Origin: Mantamonas sphyraenae STR306
Lineage: Eukaryota > Protista > CRuMs
Length of the DNA: 64,000 bases
Assembly (NCBI GenBank): GCA_026936335.1
Contig: JAPMXV010000009.1
Span: 124,001 to 188,000, forward strand
Direction: 5' to 3'
Shown: positions 45,401 to 58,098 of the stretch, piece after piece
Position numbering within the stretch: the first letter of the stretch is position 1
Layout: every line of letters begins with the position of its first letter
Notes under the pieces: generated by a model
The model's database searches: none
Told to the model about the DNA's origin: nothing
The model's input: the letters and a program-made list of their open reading frames with translations, nothing else
Made by a program: the position numbers and the translations under genes

Positions 45401-48400
45401 ACCACCTCTTTGTTGGACATCGCATTCATCACCGTGGCCGTGCTGCGGTCAGCTGTGTCTCCCAACCCCAACTGGCCGTGGCTGTTCAGCCCAAACATGT
45501 ACACCAGCGTCTGTTCCTCGCCACCACCTCCACCGTGTGCTCCTTCCAATGCAGCAAATCGCACACTGCGCTTCCCATGTCGACTCAGACGCGTGTTTGA
45601 CTTGAGCAACAGCGATTCCGCCGCCGCTTTCGGCGACACATTCAGATCGGACAGCAGGCCTTCAAACTCCATGTTCTGAAACGCAGCCGTGAGACGCGTG
45701 TATGCCCCAATGGCTGCGTCTGTGGATGGTTTGTCGCCCAGAATCACTTCTTCGGCACGCACCACGTCAGCTTCAATCAGAATGTGCAGGGGCAGCGGCA
45801 CCGCTGCCCCAAACAGCTCCTTGCGCTGTGTCTCGTCTCCATGAAAGGTAAAGGTGTTCCAAATGGCAAAAAAGCGATAGGCCAAGCGCAAGGTCTCCTC
45901 TGTATCCATGTCCAGTGCCTGACGACACGCCAAGATGTTGTTCAGCAGGATCGCCGCGTAGGGATGACCTCCACCCCCACCATTGGCGTACTGTCCCCCA
46001 AAAAGTGACTCCAGAGTGTCCAACGCCACTTCAAAGTGTAGGAGGGCACGTGCAAAGTCCCCTGCCCTGTCCAGACAGCGTCCCTGTGCCGAATAGATCC
46101 CGATCAGGATCTCTGCGGGGACAGAGTCGATCTGTTTCAGCACAGCCAACCCCTTTTGGATGTGCATGGCCCACAGCGAAGGGACAAGGTCCCTGTCATC
46201 ATCACCTCCCACGTGCTCGTCCTCGGTGGTGGTGGGCAGGGTAAATGGAGAGCTTGCGTCTTGCTCACCTTCCATCCCCTCGTCGCTGCTGTACAGAGCA
46301 GGCACAGACGCATACAGGGTCTCCATGTGTGCCATCACACTTTGTGGGTCAAATGCATCGCCGGACCCCGCCTGCATGTCACTCAGCAGATCGGCCAAGC
46401 GGATGTGCGAAGCAGCCACTTCAGGCGACAAGGCCCCGTACACCTGCGTGGCCAGCGCATGGTACACCACCTGTGTGTCCAACGGATCCTCGTGACCCTG
46501 TTGGGCATATTCCAACACATGCTTGCGCACAAACCGTTCGCCTCGCTTCTCCAGGGCATGGATTGCTTTGATGTCCGTTTCTGCCAGAGGGTGGTTGACA
46601 TCAAAGAGCGACGGGTCCTGTTGGAAGCGAGCACGACAATCCTCCGTAAAGATGACTCCTGTGCGCTTCTGGAGGGTGGTAAAGAGGACATTCTTGCTCA
46701 GCTGGGTGCGCAGATCGTGATCATTGGCCAATTCCGATCGGGTGAACGGCGACGCGTGTGCGCCGTACTTGAGTGCAATGAGCACCTTGATTTCAGTGAG
46801 CCAATACGCGTCTGCCTGGTCACTGGCCCCCAGAAGCAGGTTGAAGTACTGAGTGGCCACGTGTTCGGGCGACTGGGCACCCCCGTCGAGTTGCTGATTT
46901 CGCAACAGGGAACGCAGGACGTTCTTGCCAATGCGCGACACCATTTCACCCAGCACCAGCTGACGAATGCGCGACGATTGTAACTGAAGTCGCACGTAGC
47001 CCAGATGGCGCAGGTTGATGCCACGCGATTTCATCAGCTGACACACCTGGTGCGAGTTTCCCAGAATCAAATCGGACGAGTTGAGCAGCTGCACCAGCGA
47101 AGGAATAACGGAACGGAACAAGCGCTCGCTGGCCAACAACACGTCACGGTTGTGAATGGACGAGTTGTGTTTGCCGAACCCCGTAAAGGCATCCGGGGAC
47201 AACGGTTCCGGGTTGCTCAGCACCAGTTCGGGGCGCAGCAGATTGCACAGCACCTGAGCCTTGCTGGGACGAATGAGTAGCACATCTCCCTCCAATCGGA
47301 TGCCCGTAATGAACGATGCACGCTCGTTCAACATCGTTGCACGCCGCTGAACATACACCAGAAACTCGCGTGCGGCGTGTTTGATGCGCTTGCGTGTCAC
47401 CGTCTTGCCCAACAATGACTTGAGTTGGTGTCTGTGCTCCAGGTCAAACTCGGGCTTGATCACTTCAATCTCCAGAATGGGGCCGTCGTCACTGGGGATC
47501 AACACACCCAACACTGTCTTGGACGGCGCCTGTGGAGGCATCAGACGTGCAAAGTCCACCACGTAGTATCTACCGTCGTTTCCCTTGTGACCTTCAATGT
47601 CTGCTGGCATGGAGATCTTCCGCCGTGCGCTGCGAGGCCCCACCAGATGCTCTTTCAGGTTCAGCTTCTTGCCCAGCGTTCGCATCGCTCGGTTCATCTT
47701 GGCATCACTGGTGAGTACACTCTTGCCTCCATCGGCAGATCCGTACACAAGAGTGTCCTGTGTGATGGGCAGATAGGATGCGGCCACCAGACGGTAGCCC
47801 AGAAAGTCAATCAGGTACAGCAACGGCATGCTCAAGTCAGGCACATCCGATACACCCAGCATCGCACGCAGTCCCTTCATCTCATGTGCTGCTGCCTTCA
47901 TGGCCATCTCGTCGCTGCCATAAAGTCCATGAGAGTCGGTGGCAAACTTGAAGAGGATCCCAGCGGCGACGTACTTGTCGCCACCGGCTATGCCGCCAAT
48001 GTGCACCTGTGGAATGGTTTTCCGTTCTGGTGGAAGCGACAGTTCCTGGATGATGCGCTTGCCCAGCGCCCTGTGACACGCGCGGAGGAGGGGAAAGGGT
48101 CAGATCAGGAATTGAGTGGGAGCGGCTTTTGGATAAGAAGGGCTGGCTGGCTGGGATGGGGACATATTGGGGGCCAACAGAGGCAGGCATTGCGGGAAAG
48201 AGACGCACATGGCTGTTGCTGCGAACTCGTTGCTGAGTTTGTACACGGCAGCGCTTCGACGGAGGCGGTCGAGTTTGGACTTGGCTGGCATGGACACGCA
48301 ACGCTGGAACTCTTCGTTCCATTGGCGGGTTGTGTCCAGGTCGGAGGGCAAAGGAGATGGAGATGGCGATGAAGAGGAGGAGGAGGAGGAGGAGGAGGAG

Positions 48401-48870
48401 GAGGAGGAGGAGGTCGATGGGGATGACGAGTGGTAGCGGGTGGTTGTGTCCGCATCGTCGTCGTCCTGTTCGTCGTCGTCGTTGAGCGTGTTTGCGTTGT
48501 AGCCGACATCATTGACGGAACTGTCTGCGTAATAATAACAGGAACGCTTGACAATGTCATATGAGGTGTCGACGATTTCACGGATATGCGAGCCGTCAAC
48601 GCGTGCGTGGCGGTCGTAGGCGCTGTAGCGCTGGACATTGGAGGTGGTGAGGGAGGAGTGGCGAGCAATGGAGGTGGACGGGGCACTGGTCTCGTCGTCT
48701 GATGCATCGTCGAGTGTGGGAGGCACAGAGAAGTGTGTGTCGAGAACAGAGAGGCCTTGCGGGGAGGAGGACGAGGACGATGGTGAGGAGGAAAAGGAGG
48801 AGGAGGCCAACAGGTGGTCATCGTCCTCGGTGTGCACCGTCACCTCGGTGATCTCGATTGCAGAGTCCAT
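42445..48870 (-). CDS. CLU-domain protein fused to TPR-like helices, two RCC1-repeat blocks and a C-terminal PH-like domain; exons 48870-48209, 48070-42445
   Basis: WNEEFQ..GKRIIQEL..GGIAGGDKY, KAAAHEMKG, DIEGHKGNDGRYYVVDFAR, LLRPELV, RGINLRHLG; many RCC1 repeats (GLNSHGQLGLG, VACGHSH, GAYHT); PH-like GFWGWSS..WFVAVKNAL. Confidence 0.85.
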
Positions 48871-48980
48871 GCAACGGAGTTTGGGTCACCGAAGTGTGAT
48901 TGTGTTGGTGGACGGGACGGGGGAGGGGTGAGGGGAAGGCAAACATCAGGTCTTTGCACGGGTCTGCGAGACCGCCTGGA

Positions 48981-50915
48981 CTGCAGCATGCAGGATGTGT
49001 CCACTTGTCCCAACCGAAAGTCCAGGTGCAGTGGGGCGTCACCTTTGGCTACAGTGAGGTCGGTGTCTGCCTGCGCCTGCGGGACAAGAGAAAATGTCGT
49101 CGTCCAGCAGCAGCAGCAGTGGCAACAGCTGGACAAGCCCTGGTGGTGTACGAGAAGACGAGCAACACCCCATGAACACAAACACATTCATGGGAGAAGT
49201 GCAGCTCTACAAGATGCAGCTCGAAAAAGCGCTAATGGCTGCAACAGCCGAAACTGTAGACATTCTGGAAGTGGCCGTGGCAAAGGCAGAGTTGAACGTG
49301 GCAAAGGCAAAGATGGACGTGTCAACCGCTAAGGTGAACGTGGCAAAGGCAAAGGAGTTCAGGGACAAACAAAACGAACGTGAATTCCAGCAACGTGCAA
49401 AGGAGTTCAGTTCGCTCGAAAAATTTTCACGCAGGTCAGGATCGGGTGGCACGCGCGAGGGCTGAGGCAGCCACAGCCGAAGCTGAGGCAGCCACAGCCA
49501 AAGCAGAGGCAGCCACAGCCAAAGCAGAGGTAACGGTGGTCAAAGAAGAGGCAGATTTGGACAAGAAAGAGGCAACGGTGGATGTGGCCAAGGCCGTTTT
49601 GCAGGTGGCAAAGTTGGAAGCGGCAGCAGCAAAAACCCGCTCGGGTTCCGAGAGTGCACAAGGGGATGTGAAAAGAGCAGAGGAGAAGGTGGCCGAAGCA
49701 AAGAAGAAGGTGGCGGAAGCCCAGGGAAGGGCAGAGGCAAGGGTGGAAAGGGCAGAGGCAAGGGTGGAAAGGGCAGAGGCAAGGGTGGAAAGGGAAGAGG
49801 CAAGGGCAGAAAGGGCCGAGGCCGATGCAGAGGAAAGGGCAGCAAGGGCAGAAAGGGCAGAGGCAGAGGCAGAGGCAAGGGCAGCAATAGCAAAGGCAGA
49901 GGCAAAGGCGGCCGAGCTCGAACAAGCGCTTGAGGCCGCCCAGCAGAATGCCGAGAGACTTCCGATTGGCTCCCGTGCGCACGCTGAGGCCATGATGAAG
50001 GTCGCACAGCTTGAAGTGGACCTTGCAAAGCACCGAGGGTATGATTCGGTGTATGCCCAGGAGTCGCTGAGAGAGTGGACAGGTAGGTTGCGGGAGACGG
50101 ACATGGACGCAGGGTGATCTCTAACACAGTCTCACAGCGAAAGCCAGAGAACGGAGGGATAAGGAGAAAGCACAGAGCGTCGCATGCTACCCCATTGGCC
50201 AAACCCCTCGCCGACCTGGAGGTCGTGATCGAGCACTCCACGAGCCTCCAATGGAGATTGACGGCTTGCATGTGCGTAGCCAGGATTTTGGTTCGGTGGC
50301 GGACATGATGGAACGCATGCAGGCGTTCTTTGAAGAACTGTGCCGTGAGGCAGATGAGCGGGGTGTTGAAATCCACGAGGATGACACCGGGGCGGAAGAC
50401 GGCGGCGTTGTAGACAACGTAGAAGCCATTCCGGGTGATGAAGGTGCGATGTACGTTGTATTGAGTTGGACGGGTTTCAAGCAAATGATCTACGAAGTGG
50501 TGCGGTACGGCGTTCGCTGCAAGTTTACGTACGGGCACGCAACTTTCACGTACCGAGTGAACGTGCAAGGCTGGGAGCTGGACGGTGAGCAGCATCGCAA
50601 CTTGGTGTTGAAGCCTGACCAAACGCTGGCCGTGGTCCTTCCCTTTGATACGATGCTCAAGTTTCACTCTGAAGGGAAAGTCGAACATGACTACAGTGAC
50701 CGGCGCAAACTCTGGGTGGAGATCCTCAACCAGGCACAACAAGAGCAGTCCAGGACCAGCGAGATGGACCTCAGCACCAAGATCAGCCAGTTTGGGACCT
50801 ACGTTGCGGGAATGTCGTTTGTGGAATTTGTTCACGTTCTGTACCCTCGACAATTGAAGGCAGGCAGCAGCAGCAGCCAAAGCAACAACGACGTCCAGGT
50901 CGACCATACAAGTGC

Positions 50916-50963
<48 letters not shown>

Positions 50964-52333
50964 CAACGTGATCGATATCCGTCGGGTGGTGGTTGACGCA
51001 CAGCGATCCCCGGAGGATCTTGTGAAGCTGCACAGACTTGCAGGCAAGATCATTGGGCTGGAAGCCAAGTTGCTGGTGTCGACGAAAGAGAAATGGCGGA
51101 GGCAGCCTTTGGCGGAGTTGGAAGACAACTTGTCCTACTCTCAAATTTCGAGCAAATCAACCAGTAGGTCTCGCAATAGTGGGTCAATACGGAGTGGAAA
51201 TAGTTCCTCTGCGAACGGTTGGACAGAATCTGGATCAGGTGACGGGTCAGCGAACAATTCGGACGGAGCAGGCTCTGGTGGTTTGTTCGGGTTGTCTTCA
51301 GGAGGGAACAAAGAGTACGAGAGGGTGAGCGCCCTTGTACAAAACAGCAACGCGAGGTGGAAGGAGGAAATCACGGAGATCCAGCCGTTGAAGCCGAGGC
51401 AGAGGTCCCATCGTCGTGACAAGGTTTTCTGGGCCATCTGGCGGCCGCGTGAGGAAGGCATGGCTAAGCGGGAGGTGGTGTTGAAGCTACTGGATCTTTA
51501 CACAAGTGAAGGGCGCACAGAGCTGCGATGGCACCGGTTCATGCAGGCCCAAGACGAGAAGGTGGGGCGGGGAGTGTGGGCGCCGTCCCTTCTGCGTGCA
51601 GAGGGAATCGTGGAGGAAGAGGAGTGGGCTGTGCTGATTTCACCGTACATGGAACCGATGAAGCAGGAGTGGGAGCGGGGCATGTGGTGGTCGGGAGAGC
51701 GTCTGGAAGCAGTGGTGCGTGAGATGCACTCTGTGATGCTGGAGCTATGGCGGGAAGGGCTTTGCCACAGGGACATCAAGCCATCTAACCTGGTGTTCAC
51801 GCGGGAGAAGTCAGTGCGTGTGATTGACACGGAGATGATGGTGGGGATGTGGGAGCGTGTGGAAGGGGGTCAGCGGATGCACAGCAGTTGCGGAACGCGC
51901 GGTTTCATGGCACCGGAGGTTGAGGAGCCGTGTGAGGATGGGTACACGCGTGCGTGTGACTTGTATTCGTGGGGACAGACGATGCTGGAAGTGGCTGAGG
52001 CCAGCGGTCAGGGCAAGACGAGTGCGGGCTTGTGGGTTTGGGAGCTGGTGGGCAGCCTTGGTCTGACCCTGGAGGATCCGAACGAACGCATCGAAGCGTT
52101 CACAGCTGCCACTGGCCTCCCGCTTGTGTGGGATGAGGAGATGTGTGCACGCGACACGGCGTCGATGGAAAGCGAGGTGACGCATGAATAGTCGCCTTCA
52201 TCACCAACGTCGCCACCACACAAACCAGTCCAAGAGGAGCGCACGGCGCACGAAGTACACCCGATGAGTGTCTCGACGTCCACACGCTCGCCAGAGAGTG
52301 CTTTGGAGTGAGAATGAAGAACGCAAGGTTGAA
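48981..52333 (+). repeat. Segmental duplicate, copy 1 (~3.35 kb)
   Basis: Aligns by eye to 56225-59480 from ctgca..atgtgtccac to gaatgaagaacgcaa.gttgaa. The 3' two-thirds are nearly identical. Confidence 0.95.
49094..52191 (+). CDS. Coiled coil + putative PD-(D/E)xK nuclease fold + atypical Ser/Thr kinase, copy 1; predicted exons 49094-49379, 49435-50082, 50138-52191
   Basis: Intron 50083-50137 has GTAGGT, a CTAAC branch point and CAG, and joins the frames. Kinase motifs VVLK, HRDIKPSN, IDTE, GTRGFMAPE, DLYSWG. The first break may be an intron or a frameshift. Confidence 0.72.
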
Positions 52334-52542
52334 TTCAGAGGCCGTTGCTTGCAGGCTGCTTCAGGCGCACCACGCCAACCCCTTTGACTCACCACCCTTC
52401 CCACGATGCCCATTCTCCCTACTGCTATGTCCAAGTGTGGTGGGCCACCCCAAACCGAGAAATGAGGGGCAATGGAGACCACCTTTCTTCCCACATTGCG
52501 AACCTGTTCGAACACCGCTATAGTGTACATACCAACCGTGCA

Positions 52543-54165
52543 TCATCCCTTTCCCTTGCTCTTTCCCTTCCCCTTGCCCTTGCGTCGCTTTGATTCAGCA
52601 ACCTCGGAGTTGATTGCGTCCTCCAGGTTGCCACTTCGTCCTCGTTGCACTGCTTCTGCGTGTGTCTTTGCGCCTGCGCGTGGCTTTCCTCTCCCTGTGC
52701 CTCTCTTGCTGTCGCCGTCTTCCACCTCGTCCACTTCACCCTCGCTGTCCATGTCCTGCACATCCATCTCATCCTCGTCCCCAGCCTCCTCATCCTCCTC
52801 GTCGGCCTCGTCCGCTCCGTGCTGCACTTTAAGAAAGTTCTCTGCAAAGATTTCAAATTCCTGCAGGGCTGCCGAGTCCACCCCTGAGATCACATTGCGC
52901 GACTCGGTGACGCCCAACTCGGCGTCCTCTGCCTCGCCCTGGGCCTGCATGGCCAGTGCAATGCTGCTCACCTGCTTGACACTACTCGTCCTTGTCGTAT
53001 CCAAACCCGGTGCAGGGAAGCTGCTTCCGCTGCTTCCGCTGCTGCTGCTGCTGCTGCCACTGCGTTGCATCTGCGTCCACTTGCGTGCCAAGCTTCAGCT
53101 GGCCGCTGCTCAGTTGGCCCAGATTGTCCGTGTTTCCTTTCTTGGTCTGCTCCAATGCACTCTCAATCAGCTTGCCCAACTCCTGCACCTTCACCTGGGC
53201 AATACGCGTGCACAGCAGCAGCTGATCAAGATCGATCGGCACCCCGCCCCCTTTGTGCACGCAGCAGATCTCGTTGTGTGCGTTCATCGTGATTGTCATC
53301 GACCCCTGTCGTGTGTTTTCTTCCTTCCAATTGCTGTCCACCAGCACCGTGTTGCTGTGACCCCGTTCATCGTGAGTTTTGTGCGAGATTGTGTGCGTGT
53401 GAGCCGAACCCAAATTGCAACCACCACGCCCCTGCCCTCCACTCCCTATGGCTCAATCCACTCGCCATGCACGTACCCGTCGTCAAAGAAAGACAAAGTC
53501 ACACAGATAGGGGTGTGGTGGATGGTCAGTGGCACAGGCTCTTTCTCGTCAAAGTCGTGCTGCATTTGTGCGTGAGTGTCTCTGCGTTCCAAGTTCCCCC
53601 TTCCCCTTCCCCCGTTCCTCCTCTCTCCGGTATGGCAACGTACCACAGTGACTGTTTCGCCAATGACACTGATGTCCTTCCTGCGGAAGTGCTTGAGAGC
53701 AAGGACGGCGGCGAGGTTTGCGGCGTCGACGAGGTTGCCGTCGTGGTCAAGGATGTGGATGTCACAACGGATGGACCACACCTTGTCACCGGCCACCACA
53801 CACAGCCCTTCTGTGTCGATGGCACGCGACTCCTTCAGGCCTCGGTCGACCACACGTGCCAGTTCAATCAGCTCGTCCGTGGGTCGTCCACCCTCAAATG
53901 CCTCTGAGGCCATGGGTGAGAACTCGGTGTTGATGGAAAGGAAGCCCTCTGTGGGACGATCGTGGAATGGCACGGTGATTTCACCTGTGACGACCCCAAT
54001 CACACGGGTGCGCCCCACTTGCACCTGCACGTGTCCGTACTCGCTTCCAAAGGCAATGCGCACCTTGCGGAAGTCGTACAGGCCACGTCCATCCAACCGT
54101 TTCCCCTCACGCAACGCCCTTTGGATGAACGCTGTCTCGTTGATGCTCAACAACCGTTCCTTCAT
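52543..54165 (-). CDS. EXOSC9: Exosome subunit RRP45/EXOSC9; exons 54165-53644, 53559-53477, 53354-(52982, or joined to an acidic/basic tail ending at 52543)
   Basis: RLDGRGLYDFR, PFHDRPTEG, EFSPMAS, AIDTEGLCVVAGDKVWSIRCD, DGNLVDAA..ALKHFRR, PLTIHHTPICVT, HKGGG. Confidence 0.9.
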
Positions 54166-54234
54166 TTCCCGTGTGTGTGTGTTTGCCTCGACGCGCGCAG
54201 TGCATACTGTAGCCTCATCCCATCTCATCCCATC

Positions 54235-56148
54235 TCATCCATTCGTGCCCAGTGCCATCCTCATGAGCCGTTTCTTGACCTCTGGCAAACTGTCTGTGAG
54301 GCTGAGCCCCAGATTGCGAGCGAGCGCCACAGGCAACACCGAAGTGGTAAACATGCGCTGCAAGGCATCGATGCCAGTCATGAGGAGTGTGTTTGCCGAT
54401 CGACGCATTCCTTGGTAGTCATCCAAGACAAAGGGTGATCCGATGTCCTGGCCCGTGGCACAGGCGTCACCCACCAATTGAGCCAGCTTGTGTGCGTCGG
54501 CAAAGCCCAAGTTGACACCCTGGCCAGCCAACGGATGGACCACATGAGCAGCATCGCCCACCAAAGCCAGGCGTGCGTCCACGTAGCGGTCAGCGTGCAT
54601 GAGTTGCAAGGGGAAGGACTGGCGAGGGGTCACCACGTCGACAAAGGACGGGACCTCGACCAGGGGGGCCAATTGGTCGATGGAACCATGGACACCCAGT
54701 TTGTTGAAGGGCAATGAGGGCACCACCGTTTCACGGAACTTGGAAGCCATCTTGAGGGTGGGAAAGGTGTTGCCCAGCAGCTGTTCCGCAGTCTGAGCCA
54801 TGTGTTCCACAGCGTTGACCAGTGACGAGGGCATCACGGCAAGGTGGGCGTGCGACTGTTGGTTGCCGGGGTAAAAGTCGGCTGGGGCTGCGTTGAGCAC
54901 GAGATCCAAGCAGGCGACAAACTCCGCATCGTCCAAGGATTTCAGGTACGCCGCATGCTTGTTGCTGGTCGACCACACCACATTGTAGTAATCAAACATG
55001 TTGCCGTCATCATCACCACCCCCCTCCTTTGCCTCGCATGGGGCCATTGGAAGCAACGCAAGCGTTCCGTCTGGCAAGAAGCGTTGTCTTGCCACCACCT
55101 CAGGCGGCGTCGTCCTCTCGCCGCGCTTCCCCTCCTCAGCACCACCCTGCGTGTCATCATGGCCATTGGCGGTGGCACTGGCACTGGCACTGGCACTGCT
55201 GCTCTTCATGGTTTTCACCACCGTGCACACTGCCTGTTGGCCATACATCTTGTGTGACACGTCGATGCCTGCCATGGCACGCACGGTACTGCGTCCCCCA
55301 TCCGCAGCAACCACCAGAGATGCGTTCATGTGTTGTCCATTGTCCAATCCCAGGTGTCCTGCGCTCCATGAGGTCACCTTGACCCCCGGGAGCAGCTTCA
55401 CCTGCTCCAGCGCTTCCATTTCTCGCCACAGGGCGTTCTGCACCAGATCGTTGCGTACAATACAACCAATGTCACTCTATGCATGGGATGTACCACCTCC
55501 TGTGTCAGTGTGCATGCTCGCTGCATGGCAAGGGTTTGCTTCCGGTCGATTTCCTCCGCCGTCGCCTTCCGGTGACTTCCGTCTTGGCCTGTCCAATGGG
55601 TATCACTCACCTTGTCCTCCTGTTCAAACGTGATGTTTCCATTGCCCAGGCTATCCCACACGGTCATCTTGTTGTATGGCTTGGCATGCAGCGCAGCCAA
55701 GTCAAGGCCTGCACCTGCAGGACGAGCCGCACCCACAGAGACACGGAGATCGTGTCAGTGATCCCCATGACCCATGGCTTCCCTCCAAGAACCCCCATCA
55801 CGCACGCAAACACACGCACACAAACTCACTTGCAAGCCAACTCTGCGAGAGAGAGTTCAGTGCGACAACGCGGTTGCTGAACGGTTCTGCTTTCTCCTTG
55901 GCCATCCGTTCAGGTGTCGGCGGAAACGGCTCAATAACGGCCACGTTGAGGTGTTGTGTCGATGGGCTGTTGGCTGTGCACGTGGTGCCCACAGTCTCGG
56001 TGTGTCAGCGAGGGACGGGCGAATGGGAACTACGCCGCTGTTGCAACTGACCCAAGGCGCATGCTAGGGATGCCCCGACCATTCCACTGCCCACAATGGC
56101 CACGTCAACAGCGTGCGCCGCCTCCTGGGCGACCTGTCTTGAAAACAT
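54235..56148 (-). CDS. COQ6: FAD-dependent ubiquinone biosynthesis monooxygenase COQ6; exons 56148-56052, 55973-55830, 55714-55611, 55476-54235
   Basis: DVAIVGSGMVG, SNRVVAL, MTVWD, VAADGGRSTVR, QRFLPDGTLALLP, GDAAHVVHPLAGQGVNLG. Confidence 0.9.
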
Positions 56149-56224
56149 GGTTCACGTTGGTGAGGAGGCGCGGGCTCTGGACAAGCACACAAATTCTGGC
56201 CTTGTGTGATGCATTGTCGCCACC

Positions 56225-58053
56225 CTGCATCTTGCAACATGTGTCCACGTGTTCCAACCGAAAGTCCAGGTGCAGTGGGGCGTCACCATTGGCTACAGTG
56301 AGGTCGGTGTCTGCCTGCGCCTGCGGGACAAGAGAAAATGTCCAGCAGCAGCAGCACCGGCAACAGCTGGACAAGCCCTGGTGGTGGACAAGAGAACGAG
56401 CAAAACGCCATGAACACAAACACATTCATGGGAGAAGTGCAGCTCTACAAGATGCTGTTCGAAAAAGCGTGCAAGGCTCACATGGCTGCAGAAACAAAGG
56501 AAACACAGGCAAAGATGGACGCGGCAAAGGCAAAGATGGACGTGGCAAAGGCGGAGTTGGAGGTGGCAACCGCCAAGGTGAACGTGGCAAAGGCAAAGGA
56601 ATTCAGGGACCAGCAACGTGCAAAAGAGGGCGAAGCGAGTTCGCTCGAAAATTTCGACGCAAGTCAGGAACTTGTTCTTGAGAATCGGGTGGCACGCGCG
56701 AGGGCTGAGGCAGCCACAGCCAAAGCTGCTGCAGCCACAGCCAAAGCAGAGGTAACGGTGGTCAAAGAAGAGGCAGATTTGGACAAGAAAGAGGCAATGG
56801 TGGATGTGGCCAAGGCCGTTTTGCAGGTGGCAAAGTTGGAAGCGGCAGCAGCAAAAACCCGCTCGGGTTCCGAGAGTGCACAAGGGGATGTGAAGAGAGC
56901 AGAGGAGAAGGTGGCCAAAGCCCAGGCAAGGGCAGAGGAAAGGGCGAAATTGGCATTGAGAAAGGTGGAAAGGGCAGAGGCAAGGGTGGAAAGGGCAGAG
57001 GCAAGGGTGGAAAGGGAAGAGGCAAGGGTGGAAAGGGCAGAGGCAAAGGCGGCCGAGCTCGAACAAGCGCTTGAGGCCGCCCAGCAGAATGCCGAGAGAC
57101 TTCCGATTGGCTCCCGTGCGCACGCTGAGGCCATGATGAAGGTCGCACAGCTTGAAGTGGACCTTGCAAAGCACCGAGGGTATGATTCGGTGTATGCCCA
57201 GGAGTCGCTGAGAGAGTGGACAGGTAGGTTGCGGGAGACGGACATGGACGCAGGGTGATCTCTAACACAGTCTCACAGCGAAAGCCAGAGAACGGAGGGA
57301 TAAGGAGAAAGCACAGAGCGTCGCATGCTACCCCATTGGCCAAACCCCTCGCCGACCTGGAGGTCGTGATCGAGCACTCCACGAGCCTCCAATGGAGATT
57401 GACGGCTTGCATGTGCGTAGCCAGGATTTTGATTCGGTGGCGGACATGATGGAACGCATGCAGGCGTTCTTTGAAGAACTGTGCCGTGAGGCAGATGAGC
57501 GGGGTGTTGAAATCCACGAGGATGACACCGGGGCGGAAGACGGCGGCGTTGTAGACAACGTAGAAGCCATTCCGGGTGATGAAGGTGCGATGTACGCTGT
57601 ATTGTGGACGGGTTTCAAGCAAATGATCTACGAAGTGGTGCGGTACGGCGTTCGCTGCAAGTTTACGTACGGGCACGCAACTTTCACGTACCGAGTGAAC
57701 GTGCAAGGCTGGGAGCTGGACGGTGAGCAGCATCGCAACTTGGTGTTGAAGCCTGACCAAACGCTGGCCGTGGTCCTTCCCTTTGATACGATGCTCAAGT
57801 TTCACTCTGAAGGGAAAGTCGAACATGACTACAGTGACCGGCGCAAACTCTGGGTGGAGATCCTCAACCAGGCACAACAAGAGCAGTCCAGGACCAGCGA
57901 GATGGACCTCAGCACCAAGATCAGCCAGTTTGGGACCTACGTTGCGGGAATGTCGTCCGTAGAATTTGTTCACGTTCTGTACCCTCGACAATTGAAGGCA
58001 GGCAGCAGCAGCAGCCAAAGCAACAACGACGTCCAGGTCGACCATACAAGTGC

Positions 58054-58098
<45 letters not shown>

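Noticed and set aside
49464-49880. 21-nt tandem repeats as a CRISPR-like array
   Set aside because: No unique spacers; these are coding heptad repeats in a eukaryotic gene.
52177-52191. 15-nt GT..AG segment that would remove the copy-1 TAG (a similar 15-mer lies at the MCM8 3' end)
   Set aside because: All supported introns here are at least 55 nt with branch points; probably chance.
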